A stretch of DNA of 64,000 nucleotides from Entomortierella parvispora E1425 (GCA_020891255.1 BQFW01000003.1:248001-312000); one strand, 5' to 3'. Positions 12,085 to 26,420 are shown, numbered from the stretch's first letter. A program made the numbers and translations. The notes: generated from the sequence alone by a model not told the origin.

Positions 12085-13758
12085 TTAGAGGCCGCGCAAA
12101 ATCTTGCCGTGGTGATCAATATGATCCTTGGTAAAAGTGCTGATAAAGAAGTATCCGTGGTCATACCCATCGTGGTAGCGAATGTCAAACTGGCTCTCCA
12201 AACCCATCTCCTTGGTCAACTTGACCAGCGCGTCAGTGTGGAGGTTGTTGGTGAGGAATTGGTCTCCGGTACCCTAGAAAAGTGAGTGTTTTTAGTCAGT
12301 ATCTTTCAAAGGCAATCAGCTTTTCTTGTGTTTCCTTCTATCCATCGATCCTGACTATCCCTCCATCATTCCTTCTTTTGCTTTACCTGATCAATCAGGA
12401 CCTTCACATCCTTGCGGAAGCTGTTCTCGGCAACATGCTTCTGGAGGAGTTCCAAGACGTCATACTGCTTCCAGGTCGATTCGTCGTTGCCCAAGTATTG
12501 AGGGAGGGCATACTTGCCCCAGTTAGACTTGGAGAGATGAAGGATGGGGGCAAATGCAGAGACAGACTAAAAAAGATGCGAAGAAAGGTAGCCATATCAG
12601 TAATGACGTCGAGAACAAAGAAAAAAAAATAGAATGACAAGATCCTTACCTTGTAGGCGTGCTGGTTCTTCAAGAAGATAGACAAAGCTCCGTGGCCACC
12701 CTGTTCATGAGGAAAATTCCAATTGCACCAGAAAATAAATGTTAAAGGTTGGGTCCCTTGTTTGGTCAAGTGTGCTTCGCACAAGTAGTCAGGGTGAGTA
12801 TTGATCCAACAATATCCTACCATGGAGTGTCCAGTGATGGAGGATCTGGAGATATCCTACAGAACAAAAGAACGAAAGAGTGCCGTCAGTAGGTTGTATG
12901 CACCCAAAGGGATTAGGAGATCCGTCTGCCTCTCTTTGAACCATTCAACACAAAGGATCTTGAAGGATCTTACGATAGGCAAGTTCTCGGAAATGACTTG
13001 AGGGAGCTCCTTGGAGACATAGTCGTACATCTTCCAGTTCTTGTCCCATGGTGCCTGAGTAGCATTGAGGTAGAATCCGGCACCTTTGAAAGAGCAATTA
13101 AGAAAAGGGAAAAAAATTAGCTCTCCCAGATCGACTGCGGAACAAAATATCATCCCCTAGAAAAGGTACAATTCCCATCCTTTTGGCCAAAACCATCCCG
13201 CCGATCAATCCATCTGTCTAGAGGGTCAGTCCGACGTAGACATCACTTACTGTAGCCAATGCTCTCGTCAGCTCCCGCGTTGAAATCGACATTACCTAGA
13301 AATTAATATTAGAAACGACTCGATCAATTGACTGCGTAAACTGAGGGTAAAAAGAGAACAAAAAGCGAAGAGGGTGCATTTACGAGGAGAGGTATCAGGG
13401 AAGACCAAGGCGATCTCGTAGTTGGCAGCGTGCTGGGCAGCGCCGGCCTTTTGCGCAAAGTTGTCCTCGGTGGAGGTCAATCCACCAAGGCAATAGAGAA
13501 CCTAGTACGCAAATATAGAATCAGAGTAGGGTCAGAGAGAGTTGTTTAGTGAGTTGTTTGACCTGAAATTCCATGTCCTTGCCATTCAAGCAGTAGGACA
13601 CGCTTTCTACTTACTGGAACCTTGACCTTGTCCTCGACGGCGGTCTTTGGCAAAAAGACATTGAAGACCATGGTGCAATGGGTGGTGGTCGAGACATGAG
13701 AGTACTTGGAGAGCGTTCCGGCAAAGTGCTTGCTGGCGGAGAGAAGGGTGAGGGCCAT
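12085..13758 (-). CDS. ESD: S-formylglutathione hydrolase (esterase D), multi-exon
   Basis: [21 protein letters not shown]; [13 protein letters not shown]; [22 protein letters not shown]; the GHSMGG nucleophile elbow spans an intron; [13 protein letters not shown] at the C-terminus. Confidence 0.92.
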
Positions 13759-14737
13759 GTTTTGAATGTTGCTTCTGTTGTTGGTAATGTGAAGAGTGGA
13801 GGATGCAAGAATGGTTGGACTAGAAGAAAGAGGAATGACATTCAGACGCGATTGCGTCGATTTTTTTCCCCACCCAGGACGAACATGATTCGACCCCCGC
13901 AGCGGTCACAGGGAAGCGACGACGCGCCGTTCCTGCATTGCGGCGGCTAGTTTACAGTTCTTCTTTCTAGGCTCGCTCTGTGTCTCTTTCTCTTCAGTTT
14001 CGCTCTCTCTTTCCTTGCTATCGCTCCTAGAGTTAGGAAAATCCTGAGACTAATTGCTCAGAAGCATGTAAATATACGTTGTTGATCACGGTAGGAAAGG
14101 GGTCCGTTAGCCGACTCGCCGTTGGAGTGCTCGAGCGCTTGCGTACTAGAACTTTCTATCTTTCTTTCACTCACTCACCCGGGCACATTGTGAAAAAGAT
14201 CGCGGAGATCGTCGAAACAACCTAGTTCAGATCTTCTGACAACATCTGCAAAGAATACGGATTGCGTCCCCTTGCATTCCTTCTCCTGGGCAAAGGGGTC
14301 GAGGCTGTTTCGCTGCAGCTGAATACTTTGGCGTTGTGATGTGGTCTTTCACTCTCCATCTGCTCAGCGATCGGCTTTGAAGGCTCTTTTTGTTCCTGGA
14401 GCGAGGTGCCAACAACTGGGTCTAAGGCGTTTTTTTTGGGCACTATCCCTGACTCCTTTCTCTCCTTCTTTGACTCCCTCTAACATACGCCTTTCTTTGC
14501 CGTCATCCATACCACCGACTCCATGTCCATGTCCCATCTTTTGATAACGGAAATCCACCCCATTCGAGAATAAAGTGTCTCCTCTTGCAAGTTTTTCCAC
14601 CTGCTACACCCTACATCTCTTTCATCCTCTTTTGTTCCTCTTTGCTTACTTGCATTCTTTTCTTGCCACTCTTTTTGCCCTCCATACACATATCCTATTA
14701 CGTTTAATTCAAGAAAGAACAACCAAAAAGAAAGAAT

Positions 14738-15620
14738 ATGACAACAACGCCAACCCTTTATCGACATGCCTCGGCAGTTCTTCTGATGCTCGGCCTGATC
14801 TGGATGCTGCCATCGACAACACAGGCCCATATGGCTCTGATCTTCCCTCCTTGTCGTGGATCTCCTATAGACAAGCCCCAATACGATAGCAAAGTCCATT
14901 GCTTCATTGGCTACGAGAAGGAGCGGACTTTACCTTGTAACGGTTACAACAAACCCGGCCCTGTCACGGCTCTCCGGGCAGGACAACAAGTTGATGTAAA
15001 GGATAAATCTCAAAAGTTGTGGTGCATCGCTATTTTTTCGCCTTGTGCGGCTGCTCATTTTTTAATTCAACCTTTTTTTTCTATCTTCTTTTTTTTATTC
15101 CAACTCTCTGATCCAAAAAATACACTTCTAGGTTCGCTTCTGGGGGCCAGCCATGTCAAAAGAAGACCAGGACAGGCTACCACCACGACCGAGCAATAGT
15201 GTATTCGAGATAAACCAGGCACGTCATGGAGGGGGTACCTGCCAGTTCTCGCTGAGTTATGATGGTGGCAAGACATTTCATCTCATTGGCAAATACCACC
15301 GATCCTGTCCTGATTTCTATTACAGTTGGCCAGTCAAAATCCCGGACAATGTGCCTTCCTGTACCGAGAAGGGTCAATGTCTCTTTGTCTGGTCCTGGAC
15401 AGCCCATTTCGTTGATCAATATTACCAAAACTGCGCCGATGTGACGATCGAAGGTCAAGTTGCAGGAGTGCTTCCCGAGAAGGGTATCATGGTCCAGAAT
15501 GTAGTCGATGAAGGGTACATGAATGGTTTCACAGCCGCTGGAGACGAGGCCAGGGACAAGATGGGGAAGGGACCGAGAAAGGAAGACTATGAAATGAACA
15601 TGAAGGGTGTCTGGAACTAA
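14738..15620 (+). CDS. Secreted AA11-like lytic polysaccharide monooxygenase, exons 14738-14995 and 15132-15620
   Basis: Signal peptide ending ...TTQA followed by His1 (HMALIFPP); motifs LPCNGY, ARHGGGTCQFSLSYDGGKTF, FVWSW and YYQNCAD. Confidence 0.7.
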
Positions 15621-16564
15621 GAAGGGGAAGGAAGGAGGGTGTAGAACAGTGGAAACTTCAAAAGAATTTCCATCAAGGTTGATGTAGTCGCGAACCATAG
15701 GAAAAAAAAAGCCATAAAAATAGACCACCCACGCAAGGCAACCGAAGGACTTTGTCATGCAAAAGGGATACAAATCAACAAATCAACAATTGAACGGAAG
15801 GCAAACATTCCAGTTGGGTGTGGCATGGGTAAGCTGCGAAACTGCGCTATCTCCGTAGAGGGCGAGGGGAGAAAGACTGGGAAGGAAGAGATCAACAGCA
15901 GTTGACCGACCAGGGCCCATCCGACGCACTCCGCAGAGTCTGCTGAATGATAACAATGACGACAACAGCAGCGATGCACTGGCAAGCAATTGAAGTAGCG
16001 GAGAAGTATGAAAGAGGCAGAGTTGGATGAGATCGGATATGGACATGGATCAACAAAAAAAAGAGGTATGAAACCCACGGGCGGGTGTACAATTTGCCAG
16101 AAAGCGAGCACTTTTTTCCCCTTACGACTGGCAGAGTCTTTAGGCGGAGCGAAAAAAATGACAGACGGATGACAGACCAGAGTAAGGATGAGGTACATGG
16201 TCCTCTTCTCCCTGGCAAGGATGAAAGAGATGAAGAATGAGGATGAGATGGATGATGATCCCTTTCTCTGGCCGCAGGCAAGGGCATGCCAGCGGCAGGG
16301 CAGGACAGGGCATGCAAAAAGCAATGTCCGCCTCCTTGTTCCTCGTGCAAGAGATGAGAGTCCGACGGACGGACGGACAAGAGCGGGAAGGGATTTTTTT
16401 TTTGTCCTCTTTGTCAGTCACAGAGTCTTGCTGGAGCCATCATCTTTTTTTCATCCTCTCTCTTCCCTTTCATCATCTTATCACCTTCTTTGCCTCCCTC
16501 CTCTTCCTCCCTCCGTCTCATTCACCTTCCCGCCATCCCTTCCTCTCTCTCACCAACTCTAGCC

Positions 16565-18772
16565 ATGGGTAAAGGATCCCGCTCTGCTGTGGCCCTCTCG
16601 CCCGCAGCCCTCAAGGCCACCCCTTTGTCTTCACAGCACCACGCAAAGTTCCAAGAAGGCCTCTCCGTCAAGGACCCCAAGGAAAAGTTGCACTGGAAAG
16701 GCTTTTCGTCCTCATCAAAGAACCGGGCCCTTTTCAAGACCTCGTATGACGACATCATGGAGGAGCCCCCTTACTTTTACCTGATCACCACCTATCTCTC
16801 CTACATCATCCTCTCTTTCTTTGGTCATGTCCGCGACTTTTACGGATTCCGCTGGAACAAGAAGGCCTTTGCCCATCTCATGCCATCCAACGTATGTCAT
16901 CTTTATGCATTCTTTTTCAATGGTGTGCTTGCTCGCTTGTTGGCCTCGACTGGTTGTGATTCAGGCCAAAGAGAGAAAAAAGTGTCCAAAAAAAACCTTG
17001 CAGGATGAGGACAACGCACACCATACAACGGACCTGCAGGAGACAACCGCCGCCCAGACATGCAGACGAGAAACGACTCATTTCGAATCCGGTGGGGGTG
17101 CTGGACTACTGATCGGATCGATCGGATAGAGTCTGACCCACCCATCCACCTCGCTGCCTTGCATCTCAGACTTGCAGGGCCCGACTGACCGAGATGACAA
17201 CGCCGCATGTTTCAAATAGAAACAATATTCCCCACTTTCTGGGTTTTCTATCGACCTGTAGACTGACCCACCTTCTCTTTCTTATCTTTGCTTTGACGTG
17301 CGCACAACAGGGCTATGCCGCGCTTACCTCGGACTGGGACTCGTTCTGGACAAGAAACTTGAAAATGCGCATTGAGGATTGCTTCTCTGTGCCCACCACC
17401 CTCGTTCCAGGCAGGACTATCAACATGTTGGAGCGCGTGACAAAGGACTACTGCCGCTCCTTCCAGTTCACAGGAAAGCTCAAGGAGGCCGTCAACTTGT
17501 CCTCTTACAACTACCTTGGATTTGCTCAGTCCACTGGCCCTTGCGCTGATGCTGTGGAGGAGGTTGTACATACCTACGGTCTGTCCGCCTGCGGTACCCG
17601 CATGGAGGCTGGTTCGCTTGATTTGCACACAAAGACGGAGGAGCTTGTTGCCGAGTTCATGGGCAAGGAGTCTGCTCTCCTGGTTTCGATGGGCTATGCT
17701 ACCAACAGTACCACCATTGCCGGTTTGGCCTCCAAGGGCTCTTTGATTATCTCGGATGAACTGAACCACAACTCGCTTGTCTTTGGATCTCGTCTCTCTG
17801 GTGCCTATATCCGTGTCTTCAAGCATAACGATGTCGAGGATCTCGAGGCCGTTCTCCGTGATGCCATCTCCCAGGGTCAGCCCAGAACTCACCGCCCCTG
17901 GAAGAACATTCTCTTGATTGTTGAGGGACTTTACTCCATGGAGGGATCTATTGTCAAGTTGCCCGAGATCATTGAGCTCAAGAAGAAGTACAAGGTAAAA
18001 AGTCAAAATAAGTTTGTCATACTTGATCTCCCGCTTGATCTTGCACTCGATCTGTGTTTATCTTGCTGCGATAAACAAACCAGAAACTGTTACTTAAACA
18101 CGGCATCTCCCCTGCTTTGTCTATGTTTAGTTCTACTTGTATGTTGATGAGGCTCACTCTGTCGGTGCCATTGGACCCCGAGGACGTGGTGTGTGCGATT
18201 ACTATGGAATCGACCCCAAGGAGGTCGATATCTTGATGGGAACCTTCACAAAGTCTTTTGGAGCCGCTGGAGGATATATTTGCTCTTCCAAGGCCATTAT
18301 TGATCACTTGCGTCTTGTCAACCACTCATCTGTCTATGCAGAGTCCATGTCGCCTATTGTTCTCCAGCAGATCTATACCAGTATGTGGTCCATCATGGGC
18401 CGCGATGGCACCGGAGCAGGACAGGAGCGTTTGAGCCGCTTGGCCTGGAACGCACGTTACCTCGGTAGCAACTTGCGCAAGATGGGCTTCATCATTTACG
18501 GAGACCGTGATTCTCCCGTCATTCCCCTTTTGCTTTTCAACCCCGCCAAGATCCCAGCCTTCTCTCGTGAGTGCCGCAAGCGTGATCTCGCCGTGGTGGT
18601 GGTGGGCTTTCCTGCCACCTCCATTGTGGCTTCGCGTGCCCGTTTCTGTGTGTCGGCATCGCACACCAAGGAGGATCTTGACTTTGTGCTCCGTGTGGTG
18701 TCGGAGGTCGGCGATATCCTGGGATTGAAGATGAGCAGTCGCAAGGCCTTGGAGATGGGTATGGACGTGTAA
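16565..18772 (+). CDS. LCB2: Serine palmitoyltransferase subunit 2, exons 16565-16891, 17311-17994, 18131-18772
   Basis: [50 protein letters not shown] (PLP lysine), [10 protein letters not shown]. Confidence 0.95.
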
Positions 18773-19630
18773 GAAGAAAACGTAGATTCTTTTTCACCAA
18801 TTCCTTGTTTACTTTTTTCTATTCCACCACCCAGTACTATCATATTTACAGTAATAATATTTTGCCCATTGCATCCTATATCTTGATCGTTTTCTGACAA
18901 TGTTTGTTTTGCTATGGAGGTGTCTTGTCGTTGCTCTCCCAACCATGGATCGAGGTTGGCAACACGGAGGGGTCAATTGATCAATTGAGTAAGAGAGAGT
19001 GTTTTCTTTTTTTTTTTTTTTTGGCCAAATTGCTGATGATGTGGCTTCCATGTCTATTTGCCTTTGCACCTTCACCAGCAGCAGTGAATACACCACAGGA
19101 GGACAGTCAATGGGATCAGTTATCAAACGAAGGAGAAGGAGCATTTTTTTTCTTTAGAAAGTAAGGAATAAAAAGTAAGGAATATAGAAGCCACCGACCC
19201 TCATCATGAATAGCGCATGATGAATGGGTACTAAGACACTTCAAAGCCTGGCAAGGCCCTTGCTCTTGACTGCGAAACGACGCTCAAACAAAGCGATAGA
19301 ATGGGAGACAAAGCCCAGTCACGCGAGGCGAGCAACACGGTAATTCGAGACGTAAATGCCGCACGAAGGGAAAATGTGGATCACGGGAGTGAAGCCCTTT
19401 TATAAGGCCAGGACAGGTCTTTCCGTTGAGGGGAGCCCAGGATGACGGGGTCTGAACAAGAAGTATAGAACTGGGAGCAATTGAAGACAGAGACATTTGT
19501 GTTTACACCAGTATGATTTGGATCGGACTGGGAAGAGGAGAAGGAAAAAAAAAGAGGGTGGCTGGCGATGAACTGAGATTAGGTGTGGCCCCTTAAATCA
19601 ACAAACATTCACAAATTAAACCGCCTCTGG

Positions 19631-19636
19631 ACGCGT
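19631..19636. promoter_or_regulatory. Candidate MCB element (ACGCGT) upstream of MCM4
   Basis: ACGCGT lies 242 bp upstream of the MCM4 ATG, and ACGCGA is at 19321. MCB boxes are typical of G1/S genes, but a 6-mer is weak evidence. Confidence 0.35.
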
Positions 19637-19778
19637 CGAGAGGAGAGAGAGTGTCCAAACAAAAACAGACCTGGCAGTCCTCGAGCAGAGTGTTCAGGGA
19701 CCTGTTCTCATCCTTTTCCTTTGTTCTCGTTCATTCATTCACTCATTCACTCATTCATTCATCAGGACCGCCCTTCAT

Positions 19779-19814
19779 CCGACTGACCGACTGACCGACT
19801 GACCGACTGACCGA
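19779..19814. repeat. (CCGACTGA)4.5 tandem repeat, preceded by TCAT/TCAC repeats
   Basis: Read directly upstream of MCM4. Confidence 0.9.
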
Positions 19815-19872
19815 AGCGAGTGAGAGCGAATCAACACCCACAGGAACACGACCCACCTCCATCCACACAATC

Positions 19873-22800
19873 ATGTCGCAGCCCACCACCCCGCGCACCC
19901 CGCGCACCCCTCGTACTCCTCGCAACAGAGCGAGTCAAACACCCAGGGACAACCTCTCGTCTGCATTCCCTTCCTCGCCAGGTCTTCACTATCCTTCCTC
20001 GCCCTTGCCCTTTGCCACCGGACCTGGCTTTCAGATGCCAGGTACAAATACCTCTTTGCTTTTTGTTTTCAGCTCGTCAAAGTGTAAGAAGGAAATGGAC
20101 GTTCTAACCCTCCGGTCTTCACCTGCAATACTATCAGATGTCTCGTCTCCTGTCGATATGGCCCTGCCTTCCTCGCCTCCATCACGCAGACACTTTGCTT
20201 CTTCCCAGCTCCGTTCTGATCTTCTCTATGGAACTCCCCGCGACAGAGGGTAAAAATTATGCTAAATTTGTCCAGGATGAGCATGGCGCTATTCCCTTGC
20301 ATATGCCCCATGATTCTTAACACCCACCCTTATCTCATATGAATGCCTACAGTAGCTCGGCCGCTCCCGAGACCCCCAGGAGAAGCAGAGGAGATGTCGT
20401 GACAAGCCCACAGGTGGCTCGTTATATGCAGTCCAGAACTGAGCCCCACACGGATGCAGCTCATTCGATGACACCTTTTTCGCAACAGGACCCTGCTGAG
20501 CCCGTGAAGGTCGTTTGGGGAACAGCCGTGGAGATTCAGGCAGTCATTGCGGATTTCAAGGAATTCTTGTTGAACTTTAAGCAAAAGTACAGGATTGCAG
20601 CAGAGAACCCAAGCGCTACAGAGTTCACAGAGAGTCAGAACCAGCCCTTTTATCCTCAACTTTTGGAGCAGGTAGGATCAATGGAGAAAGAAAATCACCA
20701 TGGATTCGACTCAAAATCTGAAGAGAGATTGACAGGTTTATCTTGCGTTTTCTATAGATGGCCGCCAGAGATCACCGCCAGCTGAACTTGGACTGCAGGA
20801 ATATTTTGGCTTACCCTTCCAGACGCAGCAAGATGCTCCACAACAGCTTGGTGGATTATCCTGCTGAAGTTCTGCCTCTTTTGGATTTCACTTTGAACGA
20901 ACTCTTCACCGAGACTTATCCTGATATTGACCTTCGTGGCGACAGTTTGATGGTACAGTTACTGGATTTACAACCGAGATGGGAAAAAAAAGACAGCAAC
21001 AACCAAAGGACTATTTGTATTTACATATCGGACCTTTGTTTGATAGATTCGTCCTTTCAACCTTGGCAGCTCCATCAACACCCGCGATCTCGGACCTGAA
21101 GATATTGACCGTTTGGTCACTGTGAAGGGTTTGATGCTCCGTACTTCGAGCGTCATCCCCAACGTGAAGAAAGGTACACTACAGTGAAATGCAGGGGGGT
21201 GCCATCAGCCGGAATACTCTGTTTGATTTTACTAATGTCGCCATTTCTTACAGCCTTTTTCCAATGTTTGGTGTGCGACCAGACTGTGACCGAGGAGGCC
21301 GATCGTGGTCGTATTACGGAACCAACAAAGTGCCCTCGCCAGGAGTGTGGAGCTTTGAACTCGATGTCCTTGATCCACAACAGAGGAGAGTATGCCAACA
21401 AGCAGATCTGCAGAATGCAAGAGATGCCAGAGTCCATTCCCGACGGCCAGACACCCCAGAGCATTTCGTTGGTTGTGCACGATGATCTGGTGGATGTTTG
21501 CAAGCCCGGTGACCGTTTGGAGATTACAGCCGTGTTCAGAGGTGTCCCTGTCAGAGTCAACCCCAGACAACGTACAGTCAAGAGTTTGTACCGTACCTAC
21601 CTGGATGTTGTTCATATCAAAAAGTCAGACAAGAAGCGTATGGCGATCGACAACGACATTGCTGTTGAGGGCGGAAGGGGAGCTGCGACACAACAGAAGC
21701 AGGTGTACGAGGGAGGCGATGAGATCGAGGTTCAGACTGAGGATATGGTTGCCAAGATTAAGGAGATTGCACAGCGTCCTAACCTGTACGAGATCTTGGC
21801 CCGCTCAGTGGCGCCCAGCATCTTTGAGCACGACGACATCAAGAAGGGAGTGTTGCTTCAGATGTTTGGCGGAACCAACAAGACCTTCAAGAAGTCTGGC
21901 TCGCCCAGATACCGTGGCGATATCAACGTGCTCTTGGTGGGAGACCCAGGAACTTCCAAGTCTCAGATCCTCACCTATGTTCACAAGATTGCACCTCGCG
22001 GTGTGTACACTTCTGGCAAGGGATCTTCGGCCGTGGGTTTGACTGCCTATGTGACCCGCGATCCCGACACTCGTCAGCTGGTTTTGGAGAGTGGTGCTTT
22101 GGTACTGAGTGACGGAGGTATCTGCTGTATCGATGAGTTTGACAAGATGTCGGATGCGACTCGCTCCGTTTTGCACGAAGTCATGGAACAGCAGACAGTG
22201 TCCGTCGCCAAGGCTGGTATTATTACGACATTGAACGCTAGAACATCTCTTTTGGCCGCCGCCAACCCTGTGCATTCTCGTTATGATCATACTCGCCCCA
22301 TGGTGGAGAACATTGATCTTCCCCCAACCCTGATCTCCAGGTAAGGACAGAGATCAATCCGATGCCAAGGCCGATATCTCCTTTTTGCCCAATTCTAATT
22401 TTTTTTTTTTTGAACCGTGTAACACTCACTCTCTCTCAAACACTAGATTCGACCTGTTGTATCTTGTTTTGGATGTTGTCAATGAGCAGAATGACAGACG
22501 TCTGGCGCGCCATATTCTCTCGTTGTACCTCGAGGATGCTCCTGAGACAGCTGGCAGCCAGATTATTCCCGTGGATATGTTGACTGCTTATATCAGCTAC
22601 GCTCGTAACCACTGCAGACCAGCCCTGAGCGAGGAAGCTGGCACGACATTGGCAGATTGCTATTTGGATCTTCGAAGACTTGGAGGTGGCAAGCAGATCA
22701 CAGCCACGACCCGTCAGTTGGAGTCGATGATTCGTTTGGCAGAAGCCAGAGCCAAGCTTCGCTTGTCGGATGTGGTAGAAAAGTCGGATGTGGAGGAGGC

Positions 22801-23218
22801 ATCACGATTGATCCGCGAGGGTTTGAAGGAGTCGGCCATGGATCCTCGTACAGGATTGTTGGATATGGATTTGTTAACGACAGGTCAAGGATCCTTCGAT
22901 CGTGGTCATATGGAGGATTTGCGCAAGGAGTTGTTGAACCTGTTGAGTGCTAAGAACAAGTCTACACTCCGGTGGACAGATGTGCTTACAGATTTGAACG
23001 CCCAGAGCACAGTGGTGAGTCCTTTTTTGTTTTCAAGAGGGTTGCAATGTCCTGAAGAGCGATTGACTGACGAATACATTTTTTTCTTTTTGTAGGAGGT
23101 GACTGAGGACATGTTTGCACGCGTGATGTCCGAGCTGGAGCAACAGCAGCATGTCAAAGTAACGGGCAAGCGTGGTCAGCGCACGATCAAGATGCTGTCG
23201 ACAGGCCAGCGCGAGTAA
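19873..23218 (+). CDS. MCM4: DNA replication licensing factor MCM4, multi-exon
   Basis: S/TP-rich N-terminus, VVWGT, zinc finger (C..C/CPRQEC), Walker A GDPGTSKSQ, CCIDEFDKM, TTRQLESMIRL; final exon 23096-23218. Confidence 0.95.
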
Positions 23219-23693
23219 AGGCTGGATAGGGTGTGTTTTTTTGAGTCCACGACGTTCTCTTTAATATAAATAGTCATTTTTCTACAAACCAGCCAGGGTC
23301 GAGAAGAAGAGGAGGCCACACTCGCATCCCACTGTCGAGAGGAGAGAGGAGAGAGAGGAGCGAAGAGAAAATATGGGCGCCAATCGACGTCACGGGACCT
23401 GCAGCAAATCTGAGTGGGGTCGAGTCGAGAGCGGTCCACGACGACAAAGCACCAGAGTCATTCATGCAGTCATTCATTCATTTCATTCATTCTCTTTCGC
23501 TGTGCCCATTCTTTCTTTCTTTCTCTGCACTCCTCTGTCTCCTCTCCTTTTCACTTGTCTGTGCTCTCATTCTTCCTTCTCTCCCACCTTCATTCCTCTC
23601 TGCATCCAGACAAGACCAAGAGAACGCGTGCATTTATCACCCAGTCCTTATCATACCCATTCGCGCCTCTCCTTCCTTTCTCTCCTTCACTCA

Positions 23694-26130
23694 ATGGACC
23701 GGCTGTACTCCAACTGGGGCAGAAAGACCACAAACGACGACCAAAGCCAACGGGAGCCGTAAGTGTGCTTGACTGGACTCTAATCCGCTGCAGATATCCT
23801 GCAACTGGCGCAGTGCTGCCTCTCCCTCTCTTCTCTTGCCCCTTCCCTCGGGCAAGCTGGCAGACTGACACAAAAACGACCACCCACAAGAGAGCCCTTT
23901 TAAGGTTTCGTCCCTCTGCGACCAACGGGGAACAGGAGAGGGAGAGGAGGAATGCACGTCGATTGCGTTTCTTGGCAAGCATCGATGGATGGATGGACAT
24001 GGACATGGACATGGAGCATGAGACCGCAGAAGGAGTGGCGTTTGTGGATACAGTGGACACAGGAACACGGACAGACTGGCTACTCTTTCAGCTCGTTTTG
24101 TCGTCATGCCATGAGCAAAGGAGCAGTGACGAAGACACACAGAGGATGGAGGCCATGCAAAAAGGGACCAAGCAAACACGGATGGACGCGATGAGTCAGT
24201 CTCCTCTTCCTGTCAGCACTGCGCTGGATGGTCTCTATGGAGCAATGCCAAGAGCAAGAGAGGACTGATTGACTGCTGACTGGATGACTGACCTCTTTTT
24301 ACTTGTTCTCTCCTTTTGGTATCTGTCTACAGGCGGAAGAAACAGGTCGACTCACTCTTCACCGAGCTGCCGGCCCTTCGAGCGGTCCCCAATGACGACA
24401 GCCGCTTCCAACTGACACTTACGCTGTCCAGCGGCCCCGACACACCCCATCTCACCCGGACTACATCCTCTCCATCTATCAACAGCAAGGCACAGGAAGC
24501 AGGCATTGGATCAAATGCAAACAACGCCACCGCCACCGCCACCCTCACAGTCTACTTGCCGCCGAGCTTCCCAGAGGATGAACCCAAGATCACGATCCAA
24601 CCCACCGTGAGGCATCTCTGGGTCGACGGCACCGTACAACCTTGTGCAGTCACTGGACACGAACGGCTCATGCCTGGAGGATGGTCTACCCACGCGAACC
24701 TGGGCAGAATTGTCAAGGAGATTGCCACCAACATCCAACGGACAGGCGTTCTTGTAGGAGAACCCTCGGATCCATCTGGAGCCAACAATAACAACAACTC
24801 GAGCAGCAGCGCCTACGACGAATACTCTCATAAACCACCACCACCCGTCCCTAATGCCCGCTCAAAGAGCCTCGGACTCAACAACGATCGTTCAACACCC
24901 TCCTATAATAGCAAAACAAATGGGTCGCAATTCCAAGGACAGGCAGCAGGAAACCGTTTTAATCAGCCGCAGCACATGACATCATCTTCAGCATCATTAG
25001 GATCCTCACCAGCAGGCGATATTGCATACGGGAGCAGTCTGTCGGAAGAGACCCGGATCGTGCTGGAACTTCCCGCGGAGAAAGTGGACGAGCTACTGGA
25101 GAATCCAATCGCTTTCGAACATTTTGTGGATCATTTGGATGTTGTGGTCAACAGCCGAACCCTGCAAGCAGAATGGTGGGGAGGCAACAACAATGTGGCC
25201 CGTAAGTGCTCAACTTTGCCACACATGCATGCCTTTCTTGGCTGTGGGCATGGGAGGGCTGTCGACTGCTCTCAAGATTTTTGTCTTTTTGGATTATCGG
25301 AGGAGAGGCGGTCTGCCGGATGGTGTCATTGACATCACTCTTTTTTTTCTGTTTCTCGCTCTCGGTGTCTGTCTCTGTATTACTAGGTCGAAATCTTGCA
25401 CTTGAGGCTGAAATGAGAGACCTGCAGGGAAGGACGGCTGAAGGTCACAAGATGGCTTCACAACTACAAAAGACATTGGAAGAAAAACTTCAACAACAAC
25501 AAGATGCACTATGGGTAAATTTTCATATACACGGATCACTTTCCCGAGAGGTTCATTTTTTACAATCTCCTCTCTTGTCGTGTGATATTAACATGTTTCT
25601 CCTTCTCTATGTCTTTTCAGCGCTTCAAACCAGAATCACTCCAGTCCAAGTTGAAGGCGGCAGTGGCAGAATCAGAAGACTTGTCAGAATCAGTGGCACA
25701 GTTGTTTCTGGAGGGCAAGCTGGATCAGGACGGCTTTATTAAACAATATCGTGAGCTGCGCAAGGTGTATCATTTACGGGAGATGAAGAATGAGCGAATC
25801 GGAGCCATTCTTCGAAGCCAATCCAACCTCCCAGCCTCATCTTCTGGTAGCAGCGGTAGCGGCAGCGGCAACAATCTCGTGGGAGGACTCGGGTCAACAT
25901 CAGGCATGGATTCAATATCCTCAAGGCCAGGCATGGGAGGCGTTACAGGGTCGAGCAGCGCGATGATGAGTCCTGGGATTCTCTCTAGTCTAGGGGGGCT
26001 CTCGTTGTCAACCAACTCTGTCTCTGGCATTGGATCAGGGTCCATCTCTAGTGGAGGCTTGGGATCAGCAGGCGTGGGCAATGGCGGTACAGGAAGTGCA
26101 AGTCCTAAAGAAGCATGGGAAGTGCTGTGA
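23694..26130 (+). CDS. VPS37: ESCRT-I subunit VPS37-like (N-terminal UEV-like domain, C-terminal Mod(r) domain), exons 23694-23758, 24332-25201, 25387-25514, 25621-26130
   Basis: LTVYLPPSFPEDEPKI (UEV-like) and LKAAVAESEDLSESVAQLFLEGKLDQDGFIKQYRELRKVYHLR (Mod_r). Splice phases are consistent. Confidence 0.8.
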
Positions 26131-26385
26131 AAACATTTACTTTCTACTGATCTCGCCCTCACCTTCAACAATTCACCCATTCCACCAGCAGACATGTCTT
26201 CTAGGCAGGAGCACCAAGATACTCGATACAATAAATAAAAGTCGAGAAACAGATCGTTTGCACTTTGTACGCGTCATGGAGCGTAGCTTTTGTTTATATG
26301 GCAGACAAGAATGGAGGGAGTGACCCAATGGTGCGCAATGACACATTAGCTTTGGAATCCGACGCTTTACTTCTGTTGGGTGTGG

Positions 26386-26420
<35 letters not shown>

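Noticed and set aside
19200-19290. Possible C/D snoRNA (ATGATGA box)
   Set aside because: No convincing terminal D box or stem, and no recognisable rRNA complement.
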